Shown: one piece after another, positions 1 to 8,889 of the stretch
Numbering within the stretch: position 1 is the stretch's first letter
Layout: every line of letters begins with the position of its first letter
IMG/VR virus record: IMGVR_UViG_3300031949_000012
Location: 31,290 to 95,289 of that record
Origin: a virus
DNA: 64,000 nt
Reading direction: 5' to 3' (one strand)
Translations under genes and position numbers: made by a program
The notes under the pieces: model-generated
Databases searched by the model: none
Told to the model about the DNA's origin: nothing
Seen by the model: the letters and a program-made list of their open reading frames with translations, nothing else

Positions 1-2
1 GC

Positions 3-149
3 TACTGCCCCCGCTGCAGCGCCTATATGTTCACTAATCAGGTTCTTAGATCGGGTGGCAGTAGCGGAACGGTGCTGGTCTGCCGGGCGAAAAATTCTGA
101 TCTCTTTGATGGACAATGCAAAACCAAAACGGCCTTTATATTCGAATGA
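3..149 (+). CDS. Partial (5'-truncated) small zinc-finger protein, Com-like
   Basis: Open frame YCPRCSAYMF...LVCRAKNSDLFDGQCKTKTAFIFE*; CxxC plus two further Cys; stop TGA overlaps next ATG (ATGA); not in ORF track. Confidence 0.5.
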   Translation, partial: YCPRCSAYMFTNQVLRSGGSSGTVLVCRAKNSDLFDGQCKTKTAFIFE

Positions 150-529
150 TGAAACCCAAATTATCAAACAAATCCGTAAATCTGCCGCTTCAAACGGCTG
201 AAACACAGCCGGACTACTGGCGGCTGGTCATTACTTTACTTGTCATGCTGCTCTTGTTTTTAGGAATCCCTCTATTGATGCAAATGCAAACTGGCCTGGC
301 GGCTGAAGATGTATGGCATAGACTGCCAGAGGAGCGACCCGGCAATGGGCGGCTGGTTTACATTCCTTTAGGGGACTGCCTTCATTTAGCTCGTTTTCAG
401 TTTGGCGTTGTTTTTTATGACCAGGAGAGTGACCGGGTTTTCCCAGATGAAACTCGTTGGCTGTACCCGGCCGAGTATAATCTGGCTGCAATGCCAGCCT
501 GTCGTAAGGAGAGCCATGAAACTGGTTAA
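146..529 (+). CDS. Hypothetical membrane protein
   Basis: One hydrophobic segment (LVITLLVMLLLFLGIPLLM); start moved to the ATGA-coupled ATG. Confidence 0.55.
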   Translation: MMKPKLSNKSVNLPLQTAETQPDYWRLVITLLVMLLLFLGIPLLMQMQTGLAAEDVWHRLPEERPGNGRLVYIPLGDCLHLARFQFGVVFYDQESDRVFPDETRWLYPAEYNLAAMPACRKESHETG

Positions 530-1301
530 AAGTCAGCTAATCAATATGCCAGATTTATGGTTCAGGGAAAATACAATGGACCATCTTATATTCGAGCAAG
601 TCTGGCTGCGTGACGAGTATAAAGTGCGCCCAATTTTACCGTTCCTACATGATGACTATAACATTGTAGATATTGGCGCTCACGCCGGTTACTTCACCCG
701 GTTTGTGCTGGAACATAGTCGGGCCAGAGTTATCGCCTTTGAGCCGCATTGGGAGAATTACCAATTGGCTTATCTGAACAATGAGAAGTTCATCAAAGAA
801 GGGCGCTGTTTTCTCTATAACCTGGCTGTGAGCCGTTCAGATGTCTCTACTCCCCAGTGGTTGAGTTATGAGAATAAGCAAATCTGGACTGAGGGGGCTA
901 ATACAGGCGGGTTTACCCTCTTTCCGCTGACTTCAGCATTGAGCGGTGAATATGTTCGGGTACTGGCCGTTGGTCTGGATGCTATCATTAAAACCTTTGG
1001 CTCGATTAACCTGCTCAAGATTGATGCTGAAAGCGGCGAATGGCCAGCCTTGCTGACTTCCAAACATCTTTCGGACATCTCTATGATCGTGGGGGAATAC
1101 CACGAAATGGGTGGCGTTTATGATGAGCACGATCCAGGCGTCTTTTGCTTGAGCTACCCACAGCTGACGGTTAAGATATTGCAAAAGCATCTGAAGCAAT
1201 ATGGTTTCAACTACTTTCTCTTTGACCGGATGATTAAACCTCATCCAAACCTGGGGCATTTCTACGCTCGAAAGGAAGCCGATGCTCTCTATCTATTGTG
1301 A
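516..1301 (+). CDS. FkbM-family SAM-dependent methyltransferase
   Basis: IVDIGAHAGYF, VIAFEP, LLKIDAESGE motifs; AAGGAG RBS before ATG 516. Confidence 0.88.
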   Translation: MKLVKSQLINMPDLWFRENTMDHLIFEQVWLRDEYKVRPILPFLHDDYNIVDIGAHAGYFTRFVLEHSRARVIAFEPHWENYQLAYLNNEKFIKEGRCFLYNLAVSRSDVSTPQWLSYENKQIWTEGANTGGFTLFPLTSALSGEYVRVLAVGLDAIIKTFGSINLLKIDAESGEWPALLTSKHLSDISMIVGEYHEMGGVYDEHDPGVFCLSYPQLTVKILQKHLKQYGFNYFLFDRMIKPHPNLGHFYARKEADALYLL

Positions 1302-2097
1302 AACCGATAACGTTTCGCTTACCATCTACCGTATTATCAGCCAGGTCAAGCAGACTGCGCCATCTAATATTCAATTCGTCAAAGCTATTGAAGACGCGGA
1401 CTATGCTATTCTGACAGCTATTGGCATTGATGGGGTGAAGGAGTTCATAGATCGGCTGCCCTGCATCTTACTACAGCTATGCCACAAAACAGCCGGCCCA
1501 CAGGAGTTTTGGGACTATGCTTGGAGCAAGGCGAAGCTGGTGGGCAGCTATTATGACCTGAAGCCACCCTGTCCTTACGTACGCTTTCCGGTTGGCTTTG
1601 ATGAGAAAGTCTTCTACAATAATTTTAATGGTGCGTGGAAGGAGCGACCTTATCCTTGCGCTGTGACCGGCCGGGTAGACGGACCAGAGGAAATTCGCTC
1701 CGTCTATGACGGTTTTGGCGTTGTGGTTCATCTGGGACGTGACTTTCGCTATGGACCAGGCTATATCCATTTCAACACCTTGACCGATGACGAGATGCGT
1801 GGCGTCTATTCCCGAAGCCAGTATGTGGCTGGACTAAGGCACATCGAAGGGTTTGAGCTGCCGATTATCGAGGGAGCGGCCTGTGGCTGCCAGCCGATTG
1901 CCTTTGATATGCCCTGCTACCGCTATTGGTTCGATGACTTTGCTACATTTATCCAGCCTAATCTACCGGTGACAGCACAGTTAGAACGCATCAGTCGGGA
2001 GAAACCATATCGGGAAATCAAGCCAGAGCACCTGGAGCGGTTTAAGCTCCACAATGCCTGGGCGCCGTTTTGGGACGCTTTTTTGGAGGTGGTTTGA
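1282..2097 (+). CDS. GT-B glycosyltransferase (GT4-like)
   Basis: EGFELPIIEGAACGCQPIAFD matches the E-x7-E signature of GT4. Confidence 0.82.
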   Translation: MLSIYCETDNVSLTIYRIISQVKQTAPSNIQFVKAIEDADYAILTAIGIDGVKEFIDRLPCILLQLCHKTAGPQEFWDYAWSKAKLVGSYYDLKPPCPYVRFPVGFDEKVFYNNFNGAWKERPYPCAVTGRVDGPEEIRSVYDGFGVVVHLGRDFRYGPGYIHFNTLTDDEMRGVYSRSQYVAGLRHIEGFELPIIEGAACGCQPIAFDMPCYRYWFDDFATFIQPNLPVTAQLERISREKPYREIKPEHLERFKLHNAWAPFWDAFLEVV

Positions 2098-2204
2098 CAC
2101 TTGATTTCTGGTTTGGTTTTCTTTGTGCGGGTGCGTTGGCGATTGTTTTCCTGGCCGGGTACACGTTCTATCTGGCCTACTATTTCTATAAAAGTTTGGA
2201 GTGA
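2094..2204 (+). CDS. 36-aa single-pass membrane peptide
   Basis: GGAGGTGG RBS, TTG start overlapping upstream TGA, stop overlapping downstream GTG; MTLDFWFGFLCAGALAIVFLAGYTFYLAYYFYKSLE. Confidence 0.55.
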   Translation: MTLDFWFGFLCAGALAIVFLAGYTFYLAYYFYKSLE

Positions 2205-2863
2205 CTATGGATGTTGTGATTATTGGTACGGGCGGTATGGCTAAAGAAATTTGGGGGTTATGCCAGATAACAGGTTATCGTGTCTTGGGGTTTGTTTCCG
2301 AACAGGCTGATTACCAGGACATGTTTATGGGCTTGCCGGTCTTGAGTTCAGACCACGAATGGCTAAGAGCAAGACGGAAAAACTGTGTCATTGCTAATGG
2401 CTCACCGGCTATCCGGCGCAAAATTGCCCAATTTTATCAGGATTCTGCGCATCATTTTCCGCATATTGTCCCAGTCGAGGCTATTATTTTGACCCACCTG
2501 AAAGAGATCGGCAATGGTACAAGCATTATGCCGGGTGGGGTCATTCAGCCTGAAGTCTCCCTGGGCGCGTTTGTTCATATCAACATGGGCGTTACCATCG
2601 GCCATGATGTAACGATTGGCGATTATTCGGTGGTGAACCATAATGCTGGAATTTCTGGTAATGTTACCATTGGTGAGGGAGTGCTGATAGGGGCCGGGGC
2701 GACGATTATCGAAGGGCATACCATTGGCGACTGGGCGATTGTTGGGGCCGGGGCGGTGGTGACGAGAAGTATTCCGGCCGGCGAAACCTGGGTTGGTGTT
2801 CCGGCCAAGCCGATGGAAAAGGAGCGCATTTCTTTTGCTGAACTTTACAATATCAACGAATGA
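2201..2863 (+). CDS. NeuD/PglD-family sugar acetyltransferase
   Basis: IIGTGGMAKE N-terminus, hexapeptide repeats with IGHDVTIGD, C-terminal VGVPAKP. Confidence 0.9.
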   Translation: MTMDVVIIGTGGMAKEIWGLCQITGYRVLGFVSEQADYQDMFMGLPVLSSDHEWLRARRKNCVIANGSPAIRRKIAQFYQDSAHHFPHIVPVEAIILTHLKEIGNGTSIMPGGVIQPEVSLGAFVHINMGVTIGHDVTIGDYSVVNHNAGISGNVTIGEGVLIGAGATIIEGHTIGDWAIVGAGAVVTRSIPAGETWVGVPAKPMEKERISFAELYNINE

Positions 2864-3467
2864 GCTCTGGCAGCCGGAAAATACCGGCTACGTCCGGTAT
2901 ATCTTATCCCTGCTGGAAGCTGACCCACATACCGCAAACATCCTTGCCATGATGGACCAAAAGGTTGTTTCTATCTGCCCATTGTTGGCTTATTTGGCTA
3001 TGGAAAACAATCTTGCCAGCTATATGGAGCTAGGTGTCCGGCGTGGCTTTTCAATGGCCATGATTGCCGGGCGCAGGCCATTCTGTCACCTGGTTGGTTT
3101 TGATAAATGGGAAGCTGACTATGGTAAAGCTCCAAACCCTGGGCCTGATTTCGTGAGGACAGAACTGGCGAAAGTGGGGTATATCGGCAAATTGGAACTC
3201 ATTACCGGCGATACGGTTGAAACCTTGCCTCAGTACAAGCCAAAGGCTCTATTCTCCCTTATTCTGGTGGATGCGGATCATACCCAGGAAGGTGTCTACA
3301 AAGATATTCTAAATGCTATCCATTTCCTGCATCCAGAAGGGGTGATGATTGTGGATGATCTGCAAGATAAGGATGTGAGAGCCGGTTTCGACCGGGCTGT
3401 TTCACTCATCCGGTTAGCTCATTGGAAACAGGACCGGGTAGGAGCGATATATTTTGAACCAGTCTAA
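2835..3467 (+). CDS. Class I SAM methyltransferase (Methyltransf_24-like)
   Basis: ELGVRRGFS, LILVDADHT, GVMIVDD motifs; probable TTG start after AAGGAG (start uncertain). Confidence 0.8.
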   Translation: MLNFTISTNELWQPENTGYVRYILSLLEADPHTANILAMMDQKVVSICPLLAYLAMENNLASYMELGVRRGFSMAMIAGRRPFCHLVGFDKWEADYGKAPNPGPDFVRTELAKVGYIGKLELITGDTVETLPQYKPKALFSLILVDADHTQEGVYKDILNAIHFLHPEGVMIVDDLQDKDVRAGFDRAVSLIRLAHWKQDRVGAIYFEPV

Positions 3468-4179
3468 AGTAGCGATTTGGTCACTCTTTCGAGATGACGA
3501 AAAAGGGGATTATCTGGATCAGTATCTTTACCGTATTCGTTGTCTCAGTTGGCCCAGGGATAAACTGCGTTTTTATCTGGTTGAAGGGGATAGTAAAGAT
3601 AATACCTTTGAAGTTCTGAAAGAAAAAACGGCTGGGAATAGCCGGATAAAGGTGCTCAAATGTGATAGTGGGATGCCAGATCACGGCTCTAAAGTTCACC
3701 CGGAACGATTTGCAGCCGTTTCCCGACCAGGGAACTACGCTGTGGATGAAATTGTGCACGACGACTGGGCAGATGTAGCAATGCTCATTGAAAGCGATTT
3801 GCTTTATGCGCCAGATTTAATCGAGCGGCTTTCATCCCATCTACCTGATGAAGACGCTGTTATTGCTCCGATGATCTGGATTTCATATCCCGATGGTAAG
3901 CTGCGTTTTTATGATATTTGGGGCTTTCGATTTGAGGAAAATGACCTTTTCCCGCCAGAAACGCCACAGTGGTTCGAGGAACGATTTGGGGGAAATGTTA
4001 CTGAGATATGGAGTGCGGGAAGCGTGGTGATGTTTCCCTTCAGAGCTTTAGCTGAGGGAGCCCGATATTCTGAAGTCTATCCAGAGGCGATTATGGGCTT
4101 TACCCGCCAGGCAGCGGCCTTGGGTTGCCGGATATATTGTGATCCGGCTACACACGTCACTCACCCTCCGCGTCCATAA
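3454..4179 (+). CDS. GT-A fold glycosyltransferase (Anp1/CAP59-like)
   Basis: EGDSKDNT, DxD-like ESD, VIAP, FYDIWGFR; paralog of 4339-5049. Confidence 0.7.
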   Translation: MNQSKVAIWSLFRDDEKGDYLDQYLYRIRCLSWPRDKLRFYLVEGDSKDNTFEVLKEKTAGNSRIKVLKCDSGMPDHGSKVHPERFAAVSRPGNYAVDEIVHDDWADVAMLIESDLLYAPDLIERLSSHLPDEDAVIAPMIWISYPDGKLRFYDIWGFRFEENDLFPPETPQWFEERFGGNVTEIWSAGSVVMFPFRALAEGARYSEVYPEAIMGFTRQAAALGCRIYCDPATHVTHPPRP

Positions 4180-4218
4180 CTGTCCAATTTTGGACAGCTA
4201 TATTCGACGGGCTCAATA

Positions 4219-4254
4219 CAAAAAGTCCCTGGCTGCCGGTCCAGGGACTTTTTG
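4219..4254. terminator. Bidirectional intrinsic terminator
   Basis: CAAAAAGTCCCTGG-ctgccggt-CCAGGGACTTTTTG. Confidence 0.88.
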
Positions 4255-4302
4255 CTTCTCAGGAGGTCCAACAAAACAAAAAGGAGGAAAACAATGTTTA
4301 CG
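4219..4302 (-). ncRNA. Candidate anti-RBS sRNA 1 (~84 nt)
   Basis: Lies between a perfect promoter and the terminator; no ORF; carries ACAUUGUUUUCCUCCUU and UUGGACCUCCUG tracts. Confidence 0.65.
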
Positions 4303-4308
4303 GGCTAA

Positions 4309-4337
4309 ATTATATATGATGGTTACATATCTGTCAA
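4309..4337 (-). promoter_or_regulatory. Sigma70 promoter, perfect consensus
   Basis: TTGACA-17 nt-TATAAT on the minus strand. Confidence 0.88.
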
Positions 4338-4338
4338 G

Positions 4339-5049
4339 CTAGAACGGATATTGCAGCCAGTTGGCGTCGTAGGTCAGAGGACCACCTGGCACGGGATGAT
4401 AGACAATGGTGCCTGGGTCGCACCAGATTGTTAGCCCAAAGGCCATTCGCAATGAATGGCAAAGCCCCTGTACCGCGTCTGCCTCAGTCAGTCTTGCGCC
4501 GTCATAAAGAGGGCCAGCCGGAAAGAGAACAACTGCTCCGGCTGTCAGTATCTCAAATGGTTCTGTCTTCTCCTTTAGCCAACCGGGGTGAGAGGGAAAG
4601 TTGTCGCCGTCCAGTTTGCGAAATCCCCAGATGTCATAGAAAGAAGGGCCGGCCATAATCAGGGGAGCGATGATCTCTTTCTGATGGGCCAGGAGCCGGG
4701 CGAGCAAAGCGGAGGCGTAAAGTAAGTCACTATCCAAATAGAGAACATAATCAGCCCAACCGTCTTTTGCAGCTGCATCGAGAGCGGCGTTATACGATAA
4801 TGCCAGGCACTTGAAGCGCTCTGGGTGAACGACACTGCCATAATGCTTAATGCCGGTATGAACTATTGAGATGGATATATCGGGCAGAGCAGCGGCCAGG
4901 TACTTCTCCGATGGCAGGGAACTATCCCCAACAGTAACATAGGGGCGGACTTCGATACTGCCGTAGTTGAGGGACTTTACCCGGTTGATGTAACGATGGC
5001 AATATTCCTCAGTGTTGTTTCTGAAGATGCTGATAATGGCGACTTTCAT
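4339..5049 (-). CDS. GT-A fold glycosyltransferase (Anp1/CAP59-like), paralog
   Basis: VAIISIFRN, VHPERF, YLDSDLLY (DxD), IIAP, FYDIWGFR. Confidence 0.72.
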   Translation of the reverse strand: MKVAIISIFRNNTEEYCHRYINRVKSLNYGSIEVRPYVTVGDSSLPSEKYLAAALPDISISIVHTGIKHYGSVVHPERFKCLALSYNAALDAAAKDGWADYVLYLDSDLLYASALLARLLAHQKEIIAPLIMAGPSFYDIWGFRKLDGDNFPSHPGWLKEKTEPFEILTAGAVVLFPAGPLYDGARLTEADAVQGLCHSLRMAFGLTIWCDPGTIVYHPVPGGPLTYDANWLQYPF

Positions 5050-5108
5050 TTTAACCTCGCTGAATATTAAAAAATTGCCTCAATTTATTGTAAACCAGCC
5101 AGGCGCAC

Positions 5109-5137
5109 TTGACAAGTTATGCGGCTTATGTTATATT
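5109..5137 (+). promoter_or_regulatory. Sigma70 promoter upstream of virion operon
   Basis: TTGACA-17 nt-TATATT with extended -10 TG. Confidence 0.75.
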
Positions 5138-5205
5138 TGACTGGAATGTCGTCCTATATGTAGGGCGTGGGTTGAAACTAATTATAGAGAACGGGTGATG
5201 TGGCT

Positions 5206-5243
5206 TAGGGCTGCGGTAGTATAACCGCAGCCCTATTTTTTTT
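5206..5243 (+). terminator. Intrinsic terminator in the leader of the virion operon
   Basis: TAGGGCTGCGGT-agtata-ACCGCAGCCCTA followed by T8. Confidence 0.85.
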
Positions 5244-5261
5244 GGCTGACAGGAGAAAGTA

Positions 5262-6587
5262 ATGCCCTGGGATGTCTTCAAAAAGGACAATGAATACTGC
5301 GTACACAAGATAGATGATGATGGCGAGATGATGGGCGAGTCATTAGGCTGTCACAAGAGCCGCAAAGAAGCAATGGCCCAAATGAAAGCCCTCCACGCTA
5401 ATACCGATGAGAAGTTTGAAGATGAGCCGATTGGCTTCGGCTGGACTCTCCTGGCCGTAGCTGCCACCAACCGGCCGGGGACGCAGCAAAAGGGACACGA
5501 ATTATCCCTGGCAACGATAGATGGTAGAACCTACATTCGTACCCCCATAGTCAAGAAATCCGTAATCCGTAATCGAGGCAAAGTTCACCGCATTGACCAG
5601 ACCGTTTTTGACCAGGTTCTTCGGAACCACACCAATGAAGTCTGGGATAGTGCGCCTTATTTGCGCGTTTCTCATGAAGAGGGGGAAACCCGGCCGCCAG
5701 CCTTATGTTGGTTTGATAAGGACTCAGGCGGCTTTTTGCGCCAGGAGAAGAACTGGCTGGTCGGTTACGCATTGCCAGCTGATGCGGAAGTGGAAGATGC
5801 CATTAAGAAGAAGAAATGGCGCTATGCCTCAGCAGACCTTCACCCCGACTATACCTCAAACCAAATTGCGGTTTTAGAGACGGCAACGTTTGAATATCTT
5901 AGTGACAATCAGTTAAAGGAGATCAAGATGGATGAAAAAGAGAAAGAGCGCCTGCTTCAGCTTGAGCAGGAGCGAACCGACCTGCTGACCCGTCTGGAAG
6001 CGTCTGCGAAAGATCAGCTGCGCTTGCAAGAGCAAGTCAAGGAACTTTCAGTTAAGTTGTCCGGGACCTCTCAACCCCAGCTGGATGATGCGCCAGCTTG
6101 GGTAAAGGAGAAATTGGCCCAGCTTGAGAAGGAAAATATGGCCCTGGCCTTCGAGCGCGAGCAGGAGCGCAAACAGGCGCAGCTGGAACGCCGGGTGGCC
6201 AAGGCTGAGGCAATGGTCGCCAGACTTACGGCCAAAAGGGATAATGGCTATATTCTGCCGGCCGTGGTTATCGAAACGGCCAAGTCTTTGGTATTGGCTC
6301 AACCCATTGGTGAGGGGGACCGGGTTATTCAACTTGAAGCAACCCGTCCGCCCACAGTTGAGGAGCTGATGGATTATTACTTTGAAGGTGTCCAGCAGTT
6401 GGTCAACCTTATTCCGCCGATGGTGCGGTTAGAAGGGCAAACCGAGACGACCGATGTCCGCCTGGAAACCCTGACCGGGCCATTTGGTTATAGCCCGGCT
6501 GAGCTGGCCAAGAAATATGCAGAGAAGGCTGAGAAAATCTGGAGCGCATCACTGCCAGCCAAACAGGCCGGAAACAACGCAAATTAA
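5262..6587 (+). CDS. Prohead protease/scaffold protein (Mu I/Z-like organisation)
   Basis: Precedes decoration and capsid genes; WRYASADL segment; coiled-coil C-terminal half with internal RBS and ATG at 5928. Confidence 0.65.
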   Translation: MPWDVFKKDNEYCVHKIDDDGEMMGESLGCHKSRKEAMAQMKALHANTDEKFEDEPIGFGWTLLAVAATNRPGTQQKGHELSLATIDGRTYIRTPIVKKSVIRNRGKVHRIDQTVFDQVLRNHTNEVWDSAPYLRVSHEEGETRPPALCWFDKDSGGFLRQEKNWLVGYALPADAEVEDAIKKKKWRYASADLHPDYTSNQIAVLETATFEYLSDNQLKEIKMDEKEKERLLQLEQERTDLLTRLEASAKDQLRLQEQVKELSVKLSGTSQPQLDDAPAWVKEKLAQLEKENMALAFEREQERKQAQLERRVAKAEAMVARLTAKRDNGYILPAVVIETAKSLVLAQPIGEGDRVIQLEATRPPTVEELMDYYFEGVQQLVNLIPPMVRLEGQTETTDVRLETLTGPFGYSPAELAKKYAEKAEKIWSASLPAKQAGNNAN

Positions 6588-6619
6588 CTCCCCCGTAAGG
6601 GGAAAGGAGAAAGAGTAAC

Positions 6620-7033
6620 ATGGCTAATCCGACTTCCTGGGTCAGCAAAGGCCCGAAATTCATGTCGCCGCTGGCCTCAACCGATAACCTTGCCCGGTTG
6701 CTGCCCCGCATGTTCGACATGGCTTACCCCCAACTTACTTTTGTTGACGCCACTCACGTTCATGGTGAATATGCAACGCCTGGCCTGGTGGTTGCTCTTA
6801 ATAGCGTGACCAACAAGTATGTCCCCTGGGTTACTGACGCCTCACACGGGGCGGGCAGTGACACGGCGGTTGGCATCTTAGTTGAGCTGCTTGAGATTAC
6901 TACCTGGGACCGGGCCTGTACACCGGTTTATCATGGCGAGATGGTGGAGCAATACTGCTACACCGAAGCAGGCGCAATCGGCACAATTCCGGCCGGGGTC
7001 AAGACTGACTTGCCCGACATTCAGTGGAAATAA
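6620..7033 (+). CDS. Head decoration protein (gpD-like)
   Basis: 137 aa between scaffold and capsid; KYVPW...GSDTAVGIL motif; strong RBS. Confidence 0.72.
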   Translation: MANPTSWVSKGPKFMSPLASTDNLARLLPRMFDMAYPQLTFVDATHVHGEYATPGLVVALNSVTNKYVPWVTDASHGAGSDTAVGILVELLEITTWDRACTPVYHGEMVEQYCYTEAGAIGTIPAGVKTDLPDIQWK

Positions 7034-7045
7034 GGAGAATAGAAA

Positions 7046-8236
7046 ATGTCTCAATATGCAAATCTGTGGTTGCATCGGACCTTCCTTGAGGAAGTTCTGA
7101 AGAAACGGCCGGATCGGAGCAAGGTTGGCTACCTGCAAAACTTCATCTGGCGCGAGTTCTTTCAATGGAAAATGTTTGACTCCCGCAATATCCTGATGGA
7201 ACGCGGTCGCGGCCAGAACCAATTGGCCGGTCTCTCCTCACCAGAAGGCCAGGCATTGCCTCGGCCGAAGGTGAGCGGTGACACCTTCCTCTCGACCCTG
7301 ATGGATGTCAAATCTTATGCCCTGGTCAAGCCCGACATTGTTCAGGCTGACCTTCAGTTGGGCGAATTGGCCGTAGCCAGAGCCACCGGCACATCGGTTG
7401 CCCGGCAGATGGAATCTAAAGTTACCGACTACATTACAAACGAGATGGCTGAAAATGAGGATGTGGTAGATAACATGTTGGAATATCTGGCTGTGGGCGC
7501 ACTCAAGAACGCCGTTACCTGGCCGCCAGTGACTAATGCCGGCGCTGCTATTACACCGGCCCCACGCTACTGGGGTTCAGAGATTGCCGGTACCTGGAAT
7601 GTGGGCCTGGCCGCCGAACTCAACCAGGTGATTACTTCTCTGGTGGATAACGCTGGTTCTGCGGCGACAGCCGACCAGCGCAAAGTCTGGTCCGACGCTT
7701 CGGCTGACATCATTGGGGCGCTGGACGTGGTAGACCAGATTTGTCGCCAGAACCACGCTTTCACTATCCGGGGTGGACAGATTATTTGCCGCAGCACGCT
7801 GATGAAACACCTCATCAAAAATACGGCCATCTTGAACCTGCTGCGAGGCGATACACATGAACAACCAGGGGCCAGCGGCTTCATTACTACCAAACAGCTA
7901 GAGGACTGGTTTGCCACCGGTCTGGACTACAAGTTCCGGTTCTATGACACCTTCTGGACATACGAAGCGTTGACCAAAAATGCCGACTATACGCCCTCAG
8001 TTGTCTATTACCTGAACGAAAACGAAATTATCTTTATCCCTCCGCAAGGAATCAGCGGTTGGATGGGCACAGCGCCGCTGGAAACCGAAGATGGCTCCTA
8101 CAATGAAGGCGGCCCGATGCCCTGGCTTTACCGGCGGCCAAAACCGCCTTACGAGCGGGAGATGGGTGTTCACACAGTCGCCTGGCCAGTATTTGCCGAC
8201 AACCTCATGTGGGTTCGGCTTCAGGTCTTAACCTAA
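7046..8236 (+). CDS. Major capsid protein (lambda gpE-like)
   Basis: 396 aa, strong RBS, synteny; EYLAVGALK, WSDASADIIG and C-terminal AWPV segments typical of gpE-like capsids. Confidence 0.8.
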   Translation: MSQYANLWLHRTFLEEVLKKRPDRSKVGYLQNFIWREFFQWKMFDSRNILMERGRGQNQLAGLSSPEGQALPRPKVSGDTFLSTLMDVKSYALVKPDIVQADLQLGELAVARATGTSVARQMESKVTDYITNEMAENEDVVDNMLEYLAVGALKNAVTWPPVTNAGAAITPAPRYWGSEIAGTWNVGLAAELNQVITSLVDNAGSAATADQRKVWSDASADIIGALDVVDQICRQNHAFTIRGGQIICRSTLMKHLIKNTAILNLLRGDTHEQPGASGFITTKQLEDWFATGLDYKFRFYDTFWTYEALTKNADYTPSVVYYLNENEIIFIPPQGISGWMGTAPLETEDGSYNEGGPMPWLYRRPKPPYEREMGVHTVAWPVFADNLMWVRLQVLT

Positions 8237-8247
8237 AGGTTTATTTT

Positions 8248-8889
8248 ATGGCAGCGCCGGCCGCGCCTTTTTGTACCACAGCTGATGTAGCCAGTCTGCA
8301 TCCTCAGCTGTTGAACCAGGGGACAGACTTTACCGATGGACCAAAGGCGACTTCACCGGCCAAGTCGGTAATTACAGCCTACATCACGCTCATCTCGAAC
8401 CAGGCCTTGATGAAGTTTCGCCGGGCCGGTTACAAGATACCTTTTGTGGAATTGGCCGGCGAAACCTGGCCTACAGACCAGACAGTTTACATGCAACTCC
8501 TGACCATGTTGGGAGTATCTGGTCTGATGGCCGGCCCATCCATCTCCAATCCGGGAGTACGTGGGCGGCAGAACAATGTCTTCAAGGAAGAGTTCCTGCA
8601 AGCCCTGAACGAGATTTACGACCCGGCAACGGATGTGGCGATGCCCTGGCGGGCGCAATATTACTCGCGTACCGCCGCCGAGCGAGCTATTGGGACACCG
8701 GCGCTGCCAATGACCGACTATTTGAACGAAACTTATGACCCGTATCTTCATTATAGTTTCTACGATCTAACCACCAAGATACACTCCGTTCATCGTATCT
8801 TCAAGGATGTCCTTGACCTTGACTGGGATTACAGTTGGGGGCTGAACGACCTTAACAAAGGTATAGGGCGAGAGATACGTGAGTTATGA
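8248..8889 (+). CDS. Putative head-tail adaptor
   Basis: Follows capsid; N-terminal FCTTADV and GYKIP motifs typical of adaptors. Confidence 0.6.
   Translation: MAAPAAPFCTTADVASLHPQLLNQGTDFTDGPKATSPAKSVITAYITLISNQALMKFRRAGYKIPFVELAGETWPTDQTVYMQLLTMLGVSGLMAGPSISNPGVRGRQNNVFKEEFLQALNEIYDPATDVAMPWRAQYYSRTAAERAIGTPALPMTDYLNETYDPYLHYSFYDLTTKIHSVHRIFKDVLDLDWDYSWGLNDLNKGIGREIREL

Noticed and set aside
4281-4308. + strand gene start with strong RBS (ATG TTT ACG GGC TAA)
   Set aside because: Only 4 codons, lies just after the terminator, and the only clear promoter points the other way
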